Shown here in pieces: positions 25,828 to 37,844 of a stretch of DNA of 64,000 nt; within the stretch, counting starts at the first letter, position 1; each line of letters starts with the position of its first letter. The notes under the pieces are model-generated. The model was not told the DNA's origin. It saw nothing but the letters and a program-made list of their open reading frames with translations, and did not search any database. This DNA comes from Chiloscyllium plagiosum. Its lineage: Eukaryota. The position numbers and the translations under genes were made by a program. The stretch lies in contig NC_057750.1 in NCBI RefSeq assembly GCF_004010195.1, positions 3,406,761 through 3,470,760 of the forward strand. Direction: 5' to 3'.

Positions 25828-27500
25828 AGAAACAGAGGGAGGCCTTTTGGCCTTCTGAGCCTGCTTCACCCTTCAGCAGGATCATGGCTGATCATCCAAC
25901 TCATTACCCTATTCTCGCTTTCTCCCCCATACTGTTTGATCCCGTTAGTCCGAAGAACCAAATTTAATTCCTTCTTGAAAACATTCAATATTTTGGCCTG
26001 AACCACATTCTGTGGCAGAGGATTCCATAGGCTCATCACTCTCTGGGTGAAGAGATTTCTCATCTTAGTCCTAGATGGTCTACTCCATATCCTTAGACTG
26101 TGGCCCCCCTGGCTCATTGGGAATATCATAGAACATAGAACAGTACAGCACAGAACAGGCGCTTCAGCCCACGATGTTGTACCGACCATTGATCCTCATG
26201 CAAGGTAAACCTAACATACAAACCCTCAAATTCCTCTGACCATATGCATGTCCAGCAGTCTCTTAAATATCCCCAATGACCTCGCTTCCACAACTGCTGC
26301 TGGCAACGCATTCCATGCTCTCACAACTCTCTGCGTAAAGAACCCGCCTCTGACATCCCCTCTATACTTTCCGCCAAACAGCTTAAAACTATGACCCCTC
26401 GCATTAACAATTTCTGCCCTGGGAAAAAGACTCTGGCTATCAACTCTATCTATTATCAACTCTATCTCATTATCTTTTATACCTCAATTAGGTCCCCTCT
26501 CTTCCTTTTTTCCAATGAAAAAAGTCCGAGCTCAGTCAACCTCTCTTCGTAAGATAAGCCCTCCATTCCAGGCAGCATCCTGGTAAACCTCCTCTGAACT
26601 CTCTCCAAAGCATCCACATCTTTCCTAAAATAATAGGGCGATCAGAACTGGACACAGTATTCGAAGTGCAGTCTAACCAAAGTTTTGTAGAGCTGCAACA
26701 AGATCTCACGGCTCTTAAACTCAATCCCCCTGTTAATGAAAGCCAAAACACCATATGCTTTCTTAACAACCCTGTCCACTTGGATGGCAATTTTAAGGGA
26801 TCTATGTACCTGCACACCAAGATCCCTCTGTTCCTCCACACTGCCAAGAATCCTGTCTTTAATCCTGTACTCAACTTTCAAGTTCGACCTTCCAAAATGC
26901 ATCATTTATCCAGGTTTAACTCCATCTGCCACCTCTCAGCCCATCTCTGCATCCTGTCAATGTCATGCTGCAGCCTACAACAGCCCTCTATACTGTCAAC
27001 GACACTTCCAACCTTTGTGTCGTCTGCAAACTTGCTAACCCATCCTTCCTGTAAGTATACTGCCTAGCCGCGTTAGAATTTGGTTTCTACAGGATTCATG
27101 CTCATTCTTCTAAACTCCACTTAGTATCGCCATAACTGATCCAATCTGTCATCATATGTAAGTCCTTCCATCCCAGGAATCAGTTTGGTAAATTTTTGTT
27201 GCCCTCCCTCCATGGCCAGAACATCTTTCTTCAGATACCAACACCAAAACTGCGCAGTTATGGTCTACTACTCCAGTTATGGTCTCACCTAAGCCTTAAT
27301 CATTTGTAGCAAGACATCCCTGCTCCTGTACTTAAATTCTCAAGCTATGCAGCCAGCATACCATTTGCCTTCTTCACTGCCTGCTGCACCTGCATACTTA
27401 CTTTCAGCGACTGATGTACAAAGACATCCAGGTCTTGTCGCACCTCTTCTTTCTCAATGTATCGCCTTTCAGATAATAATCTGCCTTCCTGCTTTTGGAT
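25828..27500 (-). mobile_element. Young CR1 (26127-27048) nested within an older CR1 fragment
   Basis: Inner copy KFADD...YCVQF...AWNALP with ctatgttctatg tail; flanks continue a more decayed CR1 3' region. Confidence 0.8.
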
Positions 27501-29092
27501 AGCCCAGAAATATTGAGGATCTTCTTGCCAGAGGCAAGCAAACCTCCCTCGGTTACGACTTCCAAGAAGTGAAGTGGGGCAGATGGGGTGGAAGTGGAAG
27601 GTCTGGTCATCTCTGGAGAGTTCTGAGAGGAGATTTCTGAGGTGGCTTTGTATGGTTCTTCCTCCAGTTGGTGCCTCCTGGAATAGCTCTGTCTCATTTT
27701 GAGGAAGGGACACTTGGTGTGTGGGTGCAAGGCTCCCTGACATCTGTCACCATGTCTTCAGTCATAAGGACCAGTGGCTGTGGTGATGGAATGTAAGTGT
27801 GTGCACCTCTCCAGCAGACACTGAGATGCTGGACCAGGCTCCCCATGGCAGCCACTAACCTGCCCATGGAGACAGCCAGGTCACTGCATGAGTAACTGCC
27901 CTGCTGCAGCTTCTGGGTAATAAGGGCCATTCCATCCCACATTCCTATCTTCTGTTCCTGTTCCTCCCCCATAGTCCCTGATTGCTGATATCACAAGGTG
28001 AGTGACTGTCTTATCTCCGAGTCCTCTGAGTGCTAGCAGTCTGGATGTTTATTCCTTGGCCAAATGCAGAGTTGTTGCAATGAGGTGCTCCCAAACTTTC
28101 TAAACCTAATATTCCCACTGAATTGTGGAGCAGTGCAGGAGGCAAACTTGCTGATGCTTTCTCTGAGGCCTCTGTACTCTAGTCCTCAGAGGTTGTGGAG
28201 TTGGTTTCTGGTAGCGATGGCCATTTCTCTGTGGAGAAGGTAAATGTACCAATAGTACTTTCAAGGCAAAAGAGAGAGATGGTTACGATAGTGTTCAATG
28301 AAAGACATCAGTAAAAGGAACACTGTGAGACTTGGAGTGCAGAATGGAATTCTGAAGAAGAATTATTGGACCCAAACTGTTAACTCTGCTGCCAGGCCTG
28401 CTGAGTTTCTCCAGCAATCTCTGTTTTTGTTTCAGATTTCCAGCTCCTGCAGTTCTTTTTTTTATTATAGCAGAATGGTGTTTACTTGGTTAGGTGGGGG
28501 CATGAATATTTTGCCATTTCCACAGCTGCAGTCCCAGTTTTCTCCTGCATTGGTTGAAATTCTATTCTCGTAGTGGCTGAGGATTTTAATATTAGGCATT
28601 CCGGCAACCATCTGGATCTTTTTCTTTCTTATTGAAGGCTGTCTTTCCTGGAATGAGAGAATAGGAAGGATCGAGTGAGGTTAAAGTGGACAGCACAGAC
28701 ATTAGTGCTCGTGCAGGTGATCAAAAGGTAGTGACGTATCTCAGCTGGGTGGGTGGCAGTGCAGAGGCCATGCAGGCTTAATAGTGTGGGAGGATGGGGA
28801 GAGTGCGTCTGAAAATATCTTGTAGGCAATAACGAAAGTGGTAGAGCATGAACCTGGATCAGAGGTGGTTGCAGTAGTAGAGATAGTGAATGTAAGGTAG
28901 CAAAGTGAAGAGTATGGTACTTATCCTGGCAAAGCAGAGAAGGTCATTACCTCCTTATGGCACTGCTGTCTGTTTCACTGTACCATGGACCTGGATGGTG
29001 ATCTCAGACCAGTTTAATAAGGTCTGTTGGCCCACCAGGAAGAAGATGCCTCTACTTTGCACCACCCCCTCAATTGGGTCTCCATTGAGGCA

Positions 29093-29296
29093 GAGAAAAT
29101 GAGGTCTGCAGATGCTGGAGATCAGAGATGGAAATGTGTTGCTGGAGAAGCGCAGCAGGTCAGGCAGCATCTAGGGAACAGGAGAATCGACGTTTCGGGC
29201 ATTCCTGAAGAAGGGCTAATGCCCGAAACGTCGATTCTCCTGTTCCCTAGATGCTGCCTGACCTGCTGCGCTTCTCCAGCAACACATTTCCATCTC
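29093..29296. mobile_element. Palindromic Penelope-like derivative (79-bp perfect inverted repeat) with TSD
   Basis: 29125-29203 is the exact reverse complement of 29218-29296; flanked by tctccattg(a/t)ggca at 29079-29092 and 29293-29306. Confidence 0.85.
29205..29232 (+). ncRNA. Minimal hammerhead ribozyme motif
   Basis: CUGAAGA-A-GGGC-UAAU-GCCC-GAAA-CGUC. Confidence 0.72.
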
Positions 29297-29819
29297 CATT
29301 GTGGCACCATCTTTCCTTTCTCTGACATGTTCAGATTGTTTCCTTAACCAAGTAGAGAAGCTTCAAAATATCAGTGCTTGTCCAGGCACACAGCTGCCTT
29401 TTAAGTAATGGCAATAGTGCCAGGGGTCGTGGTCTTTCAGTGGGTATCCACTGACTGGCACATTGCTCCAGGAATAGTGTATGGTAAGATGGGGACAGAA
29501 TCAGATATTAGGGCAGGGTACTAAAGTTAATGAGGCACGTTTGGTAAGATATGATAAACAATCTCAGTAGGCTATGCAGCAAGAATTCCTCCATAAACCT
29601 TAACATTTAGCCAAAAAAATGTAAGGTTCAGTCCCAAAAAAAACCTTTGCTTGTTCTGAAATTGTATATAATGTGCAGTTTTGAATGATTTTATTGTCTT
29701 CTTAATTCTCATGAAGATTGGTGAATGTTGTTTTTGAACAGCCTATGTAATAAATGTGTGTGAGGAATTCATCAGTGTACTTGTCTTAATTGTTTTATTA
29801 TTTGTACATAGTTTTAGAA

Positions 29820-30545
29820 ACAGGAAGAGCAGTAGGTTGGTTTACCCGAGCCTGGTCCAACATTCAGTAGGATCATGGCTGATCCAACATTCCTCATGTC
29901 CACTTTCTTGCATTTTCCTTGTAACCCTTGATTCTCTGATTTATCAAGACTCTATCTATCTCAACCTTAAATATACACAAGGACTCTGCCCTCACAGCTC
30001 TCTGTAGTAAGGAATTCCAAAGACTCTCAACCCTCTGAAAGAAGTTCCTCCTCATCTCAGACTTCAGTTGGTGCCCCTTTATTCTCAGACTGTGTCCTCT
30101 GGTCTTAGACTCTCCCATGAGGGTAAACATTCCCTCATCATTTATCCTGTCAATCCCCTGAAGAATTCTATATGTTTCAATGAGATCACTTTTCATTCTT
30201 CTAAACCCCAGTGAGTAGAACCCTAACCTGTTTAGCCTTTGCTCATAAGACAATTCCTCCATTGCTGGGAGCATCCTAATGAACATTTTTTGAACTGCCT
30301 CCAATAAAATCATATCTTTCCTTAAATAACAGAACCAAAACTGCTCACAGTACTCTAGATGTGACCTCACCAGCACCTTGTACAGTTGCAATATGTCTTC
30401 CCTACTTGTATACTCTAACTCATTTGAAATAAGAGCCAAAATTCCATTAACCTTCTCGATTATCTGCGGCAGCTGTGTGCCAGCTTTCTGTGTTTCGTGC
30501 ACAAATACTCTCAAATTTCTTTGTGTTTAAGTTTTCTGCCATTTT
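29820..30545 (-). mobile_element. CR1 LINE 3' fragment
   Basis: ORF 29894-30514: LYKVLVRSHLEYCEQFW...TRGHSL...FFQRVESLWNSL. Confidence 0.85.
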
Positions 30546-31834
30546 CCTACATTTACACAGGACTTAAATGCTTAAATAATATGAGCAACCTTCGAGAAAA
30601 TGGTGTGTTTATGTGCAGCAAGCGAGGTAGGCCTGGGGTTACTGAGGTTCGTCCTTGTCTGGACTGTATTTTGAATAGGATCCAAAAGATACTAAGGAAA
30701 ACAAAGATTTGTCAGTATCACAAAATGACACCTTTACCAAAGACTTTGAGATGTTGCTGGGAATAGTTGCTTGGAGGATTTTTCACTAGATGGCTGCAAC
30801 TATCTAATCTCTCCTTCCACATATGCAGATGTCCTGTGAGCCCCTACCAGTCTGGCAACCTGTACCTCAAATGTTGTTGGCACTCTGATTTCTGGCATGC
30901 CACCCATTGTGTGTATGCATGCATGCTGGTTGTGTGTGTTCTACATGTGTGGAATGTATAGGCATTAGGAGACATTAGCATGGGTATGTGCACAATTCAG
31001 CTGCATTTTCGGAATAAACATGTGAATCCCCAGAGCTGCAATTGACCCTCTGTAATACTTGCAAGAAGAATGTGGTATGGAGGAGATTATGAGTTAAAGA
31101 GCTCTGAATGAAAGGCAACTGAATGTGGTAAAGGAGTTAGAGGTGATGGGAATCTATCAAGTTTTATGTAATGCGCATATCTGAAACCCGTATGAGGTCT
31201 TCATCTTGAACCCAGCTTTTGTGGTGTCGTCCTTGTTCCACGTAACTTTTTGGTGATTGGCGATGTGATGTGTTGGTTCCCTAGTTCTGGAGAAAGGTCA
31301 GGGAATTGGTGATGCCTGAGCTGCTGAATGTTGCAGTTCCTTTACCATTTTAAATGGGCCAATTCTAGTGACACCACATGCATGTGTACTATGCACCAAT
31401 TCAAAATTTGTGGATACGTGCTTGTTAGGAACAGCACACACACATTTAAGTGAAGGTTTATTGCCAATATGAAAAATGGTGGGGATCAATTAGTTACATT
31501 AATTAACAGCATCAGACAAGGAGGCATGAGTCCAGACAAAGGATACCTGAGTCTTGGCCTGTTTTTATACGTGATGTGAACTGTAATGGCAGAGTGAAGG
31601 ACTGTGGACTAAATGGTGGAGAGAGGGCTGGTGAGGGATTGGAGAGGCTGTGATGGGGACATGGGAGTGTGATAGGAAGGGAAAGAAAACAGTGGTCCCA
31701 TCATCATCCCCTCACCTTTTCACTGACCACCTATCTGGTTCCCCCCATCATTTCTCTTGCTCTTCTTTTTCATCCATCCTCCCTCTTCATGCCTGTAATA
31801 ACTCAGTAAACTCAATGGAAAGGAACATTACAGA

Positions 31835-32150
31835 TTCATAGAATCCCTCCAGTGCAGAAAGGGCTGCACTGAGCCTCTGAAGAGCATCTCATCCTGACCC
31901 ACCTCCCCTACCCTGTACCCATTATGCCTCTTTTACCATGCCTAATCCACGTTGCCTGCATATCCCTGGACACCTCAGATCAAGTTAGCATGACCAATCC
32001 ACCTAACTGGCACATCTTTAGACTGTAATGGAACTGCATGCAAACACGAGGAGAATGTACAAACTCCACACAGATAGTGGCCCAAGCTTGAATCAAACCT
32101 GGGTCCTTGGCATTGTAAGGCAGCAGTGCTAACCACAGAGCCATTGTGCA
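31835..32150 (-). mobile_element. HE1-like V-SINE (diverged)
   Basis: Minus-strand homology to 15544-15866. Confidence 0.75.
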
Positions 32151-33423
32151 GCATCACCAAAATATTTAAAAAATTTTTTTATTGTTGAACTCCAAAATAG
32201 AGCCACTACTTGTGGCATACATAGGCTAGTTCCAATCCAACACAGACAGTTTGGCAGATCCAACACCTGAGTCTGCTTTATGTATTTTCTAATCAACCTG
32301 ATCTGAGAGATGTAACATACTTGAGCTTGGACTTCCTGGGTCAGAGGTAGGGGCACTGCCACAAGACCTTTACCTTTTTTTCATATTCATAGTACATACA
32401 TTCAGGAGGTTGCTCAGGTTATGGGGTGCAGGCTCCCAAGTGAGGTTCAGGACTTTGGGGCCAATGTGAAATTTCGTCTGAGCAGGGGTACATGCAGACA
32501 AGATTCCATCACGTACCTGAGCATCCTTCAACTGGTGCACGATGTCAGGTCCAAGCACTGCTGGGTCTGCTTTATTTTGGGCTCAGGTGATGAGTTCCAA
32601 CTGGGTAGGCCATTGCCTGTTACTAAGGGAACTCATAGTCAGGAAGACCCACAAGGAGATAAATTAGTGATTCCCCCTGGGCTTTGTAGGGGCTATCACA
32701 TCCCCTCATCCTCCTCTCCCTCAATCCTTCCCTTACTCCTGCTGAATTCCATTTCAATTGTGCACTTCTTTCTTGCAAATCTGTAGTTCATTTGTGTAAG
32801 GTGTCATTGGAATTCTACATCATGGTGTGGTGCCTGACTATACATACATGTATTTGATACTGGCAAAATCATTGCATATGCAAGCTTCTGGATTTGTGTC
32901 CATGCCCTGTTGCAAGTGGTGCCAGGTGTGGGCAGACACTGGTTTTTAAATGTGAGCCTTGGCAGATAGGCGAGAAGTAGTACTCCAGTATAAGCCACAC
33001 AACACAGATAGGTTCAATGAATTGACAGATGTGGATTGCAATGAGGCATATGATGGAGATGCCGGGAAGCCAATCTGGTATGTGGCATTCATGAGCACTA
33101 GCAAACTTGTAATATTAACTCACTCTCATTGGGGCACAAAACACTGAGTAGACAGTGGAGCACTTGTCCAGTCATGCTATAGTGGTCACCAGAGGGACTG
33201 TTTGCTGCAGCCAGCTTTATCCAGGCCATTTTACTGACTCTGGACAGATTCCATTCCATCTCTTGGACAGAAGGTCACCTCTAATTTACAAACTCCTCAA
33301 AGCAGCACCTTTAGGAAGCATTGCTGAACCATGACACTGCCATTTGCAGGCTCTCTGATATGTCATGCAGAGGATGGGGATGATAGGCAAAAGGAAGGTG
33401 TTCCTGGATTGCAGAGAGTTAAG

Positions 33424-33546
33424 TAGTGTTAGGTGAAGGGGTTAATGTAGGGGTATGGGTGTGTTGCGCTTCGGCAGGTCGGTGTGGACTTGTTGGGCCG
33501 AAGGGCCTGTTTCCACACTGTAAGTAATCTAATCTAATCTAATCTA
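33424..33546 (+). mobile_element. HE1-like SINE 3' fragment with (AATCT)n tail
   Basis: ggacttgttgggccgaagggcctgtttccacactgtaagt(aatct)n; similar tails at 61963-62019 (+) and 20507-20588 (-). Confidence 0.75.
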
Positions 33547-33899
33547 AGTGTTATTCCGGTCTGGCTTTTAAATATAGTGTGGATATTCCAGGCTGGGTCT
33601 GCCTGCTCAGACTGAAATTTGTCATCTTACCTGCACATGTAAATGCAAAAACATTAAAAGAATGTAACCTTGTAAGAAAACCCAACCTGCATTCGAGTAG
33701 AGGTCCCTCCCAATTTTTGGGCTTGTCTCCACACCTAGCTTTAAAAATCTTTATACTTATGCATTTCAATCTTGCATGCATTTTCAAACTTCCAATTGTT
33801 TTGTGCAGTCACCCCTCCATTACAGGCAAGGCTGTTGGATTTATTGAGAGCTTAAGTTATAAAAGCACCATCAGTGTTATTTTTGGGAGGTCATTTTTT

Positions 33900-34311
33900 T
33901 CCAGGGTGTGCCAACTTTTCCGAGACGACGCATGCTCATATTGGCTGTAAGGAAAAAAAAGCATTGACAGACTGCAGGGTGGCACAGTTATTGGCTGAAT
34001 CCTGAACTGTACAAAAAAAACGAAAGCGACATTACTGACGAGTGTCATGGAACGTACAGCTTTCTGTCTTAACCGAGTTTTATTTTAGTACTCCTCATTT
34101 AAATAGAGTGAAGGAAGGTTTGCAGTGCTGATGGATTTTTAATTCTTGAAACTTATGGCGTTGCTGATTGTGATATTAATCGCACTATGATTTAATTAAG
34201 TGAAACTTACGTTTTAGTCTTCTCTGGCAGATAGTTCGCCAAATATCGCAACCAGAACACAGCTTTTATTTGCTCCTCCAGGAACTTATTTTCATTTCTT
34301 ACGCGATCACC
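33900..34311 (+). promoter_or_regulatory. Putative promoter/5' region of gene B
   Basis: Locally CpG-rich in a CpG-poor window; two ATTGGCTG (reverse CCAAT) boxes at 33940 and 33990; TATA-like tttaaata near 34098. Confidence 0.45.
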
Positions 34312-34494
34312 ATGGATTCCAGCAATCCAGCTACAACCTTGCTTTTAGCTTTGCTAAGTGTCCTGCTTCTTCTGTGGTTTCTCAAAAGCAAACGGCCCCA
34401 GTACGGCAGACTTCCTCCAGCTCCTCCTGCACTCCCGATTGTCGGCAACTTGTTCCAAATGGATATAAAAGCTCCTCACAAATCTCTCATCAAG
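34312..34494 (+). CDS. CYP2 gene B exon 1
   Basis: Kozak accATGg; MDSSNPATTLLLALLSVLLLLWFLKSKRPQYGRLPPAPPALPIVGNLFQMDIKAPHKSLIK; donor AAG|gtaagg. Confidence 0.93.
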
Positions 34495-34640
34495 GTAAGG
34501 AGAATTTGTGTTCCATTAAATAATTCAAATGATTCTTCCCTCTTGACTCTTACTAAGGTAGAAATCCATAATGGCGATCTCACCCCAGCGGACCTCAACC
34601 AAGGGACCCCAGTCAAACTGCTCATTCCTGATGAAGAGTA

Positions 34641-35628
34641 CTCGTCCACATCCCGCACCTCCACCCTCAGACCCCATCCCTCCAACCGTAACAAGGACAG
34701 AACGCCCCTGGTGCTCACCTTCCACCCTACTAACCTTCGCATAAACCAAATCATCCGCCGACATTTCCGCCACCTCCAAACGGACCCTACCACCAGGGAT
34801 ATATTTCCCTCCCCACCCCTCTCCACCTTCCGCAAAGACCGTTCCCTCCGTGATTACCTGGTCAGGTCCACGCCCCCCCTACAACCCACCCTCCCATCCT
34901 GGCACCTTCCCCTGCCACCGNNNNNNNNNNNNNNNNNNNNNNNNNNNNNNNNNNNNNNNNNNNNNNNNNNNNNNNNNNNNNNNNNNNNNNNNNNNNNNNN
35001 NNNNNNNNNNNNNNNNNNNNNNNNNNNNNNNNNNNNNNNNNNNNNNNNNNNNNNNNNNNNNNNNNNNNNNNNNNNNNNNNNNNNNNNNNNNNNNNNNNNN
35101 NNNNNNNNNNNNNNNNNNNNNNNNNNNNNNNNNNNNNNNNNNNNNNNNNNNNNNNNNNNNNNNNNNNNNNNNNNNNNNNNNNNNNNNNNNNNNNNNNNNN
35201 NNNNNNNNNNNNNNNNNNNNNNNNNNNNNNNNNNNNNNNNNNNNNNNNNNNNNNNNNNNNNNNNNNNNNNNNNNNNNNNNNNNNNNNNNNNNNNNNNNNN
35301 NNNNNNNNNNCTGTCCTCATGACTTGTCCGGACTTGTCCTACCTGCCCAGCTCCTTTTCCACCTATCCACTCCATCCTCTTCTCCCTGACCTATCACCTT
35401 CATCCACTCCCCCACTCACCTATTGTACTCTATGCTACTTTCTCCCCACCCCCACCATCCTCTAGCTTATCTCTCCACGCTTCAGGCTGTCTGCCTTTAT
35501 TCCTGATGAAGGGCTTTTGCCCGAAACGTCGATTTTGCTGCTCCTTGGATGCTGCCTGAACTGCTGTGCTCTTCCAGCACACTAATCCAGAATCTGGTTT
35601 CCAGCATCTGCAGTCATTGTTTTTACCT
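34641..35628 (+). mobile_element. 5'-truncated Neptune-type Penelope-like element (RT-endonuclease linker, gap, 3' pLTR)
   Basis: Translates RNKDRTPLVLTFHPTNL...FPSPPLSTFRKDRSLRDYLVRS then GTFPC, typical of the Neptune-type PLE linker; N gap 34921-35310; 3' end carries a hammerhead motif. Confidence 0.8.
35503..35530 (+). ncRNA. Minimal hammerhead ribozyme motif (sense, gene B intron 1)
   Basis: CUGAUGA-A-GGGC-UUUU-GCCC-GAAA-CGUC. Confidence 0.72.
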
Positions 35629-35975
35629 CTTATACTGGAAACGTCGACTCTCCTGCAGCGCCACACTTTTGACTAGTAAAACTGTATGCATAGCGAGCAA
35701 TAGTGACCTGTTAAGAGTGTGGCACAGCCAAACCCAACATTGTCTTTAATGGATAAAAGAATACTATTTACATAGCACCTTTCATGGTCTCAATATTTAT
35801 TATAGTCTATTTCTTAGTTATGGTTGCTGAAGAGTGTTCAGGAATGACTGGTTGATTGGATTCAGCAGCACTCCCAAGGAAGTACAGTATTGTACTGAAA
35901 ATGGTGAGCTTAATTTTTCCATAATGTGGAGGTGCCAGTTTGGACTGGGGTGGACATAGTTAAAAATCTCACAAT

Positions 35976-36290
35976 GGGTGGCACGGTGGCTCAGTGGTTA
36001 GCACTGATGCCTCACAGCACCAGGGTCCCAGGTTCGATTTCAGCCTCGGGCGACTGTCTGTGTGGAGTTTGCACATTCTCCCCGTGTCTGCGTGGGTTTC
36101 CTCCGGGTGCTCTGGTTTCCTCCCACAGTCACAAAGATGTGCAGGTCAGGTAAATTGGCCATGCTAAATTGCCCATAGTATTAGGTGCATTAATCAGAGG
36201 GAAGTGGGTCTGGGTGGGTTACTCTTCGGAGGGTCGGTGTGGACATGTTGGGCCAAAGGGCCTGTACCACACTGTAGACAATCTAATCTA
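35976..36290 (+). mobile_element. HE1-like V-SINE nested in a short PLE-like element
   Basis: Full tRNA head, core and tail; splits the 35924-36325 repeat. Confidence 0.85.
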
Positions 36291-36844
36291 TAGTCCAACA
36301 GGTTTATTTGGTGTTGTGTGATTTATAATTTTTCCATAGTATAAAGAACATGGGAAATAGAACATAGGACAGTACAGCACAGGAAATGGCCCTTCAGCCC
36401 ATGACATGCCCAACATGATGTCAAATCAAACTAATCCCTTCTGCCTGCCTTTGGTCCATTTCCCTCCATTCCCAGCGTATTCATGTGCTTATCTAAAAGC
36501 CCCTTAAATGCCTCTATAGTATCAGTCTCCACCAATACCCCCAACAGTGAATTCCAGACACCTACCACTTTCTGTGCAAAAGAAAAACTTGCCCCTCACG
36601 TCTCCTTTGAATTTCTCCCCCCTCAGCTTAAATGCATGCCCCTTAGTATTAGACATTTCAACTCAAGGTTGACAGAATCTTTTTTCCCCAATTTATGCAT
36701 CTCATAATTTTATAGACTTCTATCAAGTCTCCCTAAATAGTGAGAAAGTTTGAAGAATATGGAGAGAATGAGAAAAGTAAGATTTTCGATATAGAGAAAA
36801 ACAGTCCAATGTTTCCCATTACATTTCAAAAGCAAGAAGTAAAT

Positions 36845-37256
36845 CTTGCAAGTGGTCACCAAAAGACGTGACCATCTGTCACTAGTATCCTTATACACAA
36901 ACAAAGAAGGACACCACTTCCACTGATACAACACCTCCATCCTAGGACAAGCTAAACAGAGACATGCATGGGAATTCCTAGAGGCCTGGCATTCAAACCA
37001 GTGCTCCATCAATAGACACATCAACTTGGATCCCATTTACCAACCTCTGAGAAAAGGAATTGGAAATGATATCACCCACCTTGACAGAGGAAGGCACATA
37101 AATAGAAAGCAGGACAGAACACAGTACTTCAATAGAGGCTCACTGATGATGTTACTTAGCATCGTGACGAAATGTCTGAGAATAAACCTACCAGCTCACC
37201 AAGCAAACGTACAACCTGGACCTCAACCTCAGCTACAAATCTTCTCAAATATTTGT
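36845..37256 (+). mobile_element. Penelope/Poseidon-type element 3' fragment (GIY-YIG C-terminus + pLTR)
   Basis: Decayed frame TKRRDHLSLVSL...SILGQAKQRHAWEFLEAWHSNQCSINRHINLDPIYQPLRK; homologous to 45393-45878. Confidence 0.8.
37139..37180 (+). ncRNA. Minimal hammerhead ribozyme motif, second family (sense, gene B intron 1)
   Basis: cuca-CUGAUGA-U-GUUAC-loop-GUGAC-GAAA-UGUC-ugag; stem I CUCA/UGAG pairs perfectly. Confidence 0.68.
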
Positions 37257-37844
37257 GAGTTGTTTTAAGCAGGTGTACAGTGGATATTCCAGGAGTGATG
37301 CAGCTGGTCAAACCACTTAATTTTAAATAAAACAGAATGTATTTACAAGATTACCAAATGAAACACAAACAAAAGAGAACAGAGTACTGAATAAGTTAAC
37401 ATATCTGAAAACTCAACAGATCTTCCCAACTTAATGATGCTGTTCCCAATACTTGCAACAATCCCCATAAACACCCCTTGGCACAAAAGGTAAAATCAAA
37501 CACAGGGTCTTCTAGCAGAAATGGCAGAGAGAGAGCGTGGACCTGCTTCTTTGGGTACAGCTTTAAAACTGCCTGACTGCTTTTAGTGAATAGGCAGACT
37601 GCCAAAAACCAAACCAAACCAGAGTAAAGCCGAGCTGGGAGAATTGACCGCTCCCCTTTCATTTTAAAAATGTTTTTTTTTAAACTTAAAAGCCTTTTGC
37701 CTGAGGCAGTATCTGTTAGCTATAATCAAATTGGCCTCAAATTCCATCGAAAGCCAGACCTTTCGAAATTGCTGCTTTTGTGAACTCCCTGGGAAAAAAT
37801 AGCCAAGGACAATATAACCTTGTTAAAGGATCAGCATCATCACA
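37257..37844 (-). repeat. LTR-like dispersed repeat (same family as 838-1413)
   Basis: ccccataaacaccccttggcacaaaaggtaa and gcatcatcaca are reverse complements of segments of 838-1413. Confidence 0.6.

Noticed and set aside
34270..35322. 350-aa ORF fusing the CYP2 N-terminus to Penelope linker sequence
   Set aside because: Read-through past a strong donor (AAG|gtaagg at 34494) into intron 1, inflated by an N gap; no evidence for a real fusion protein
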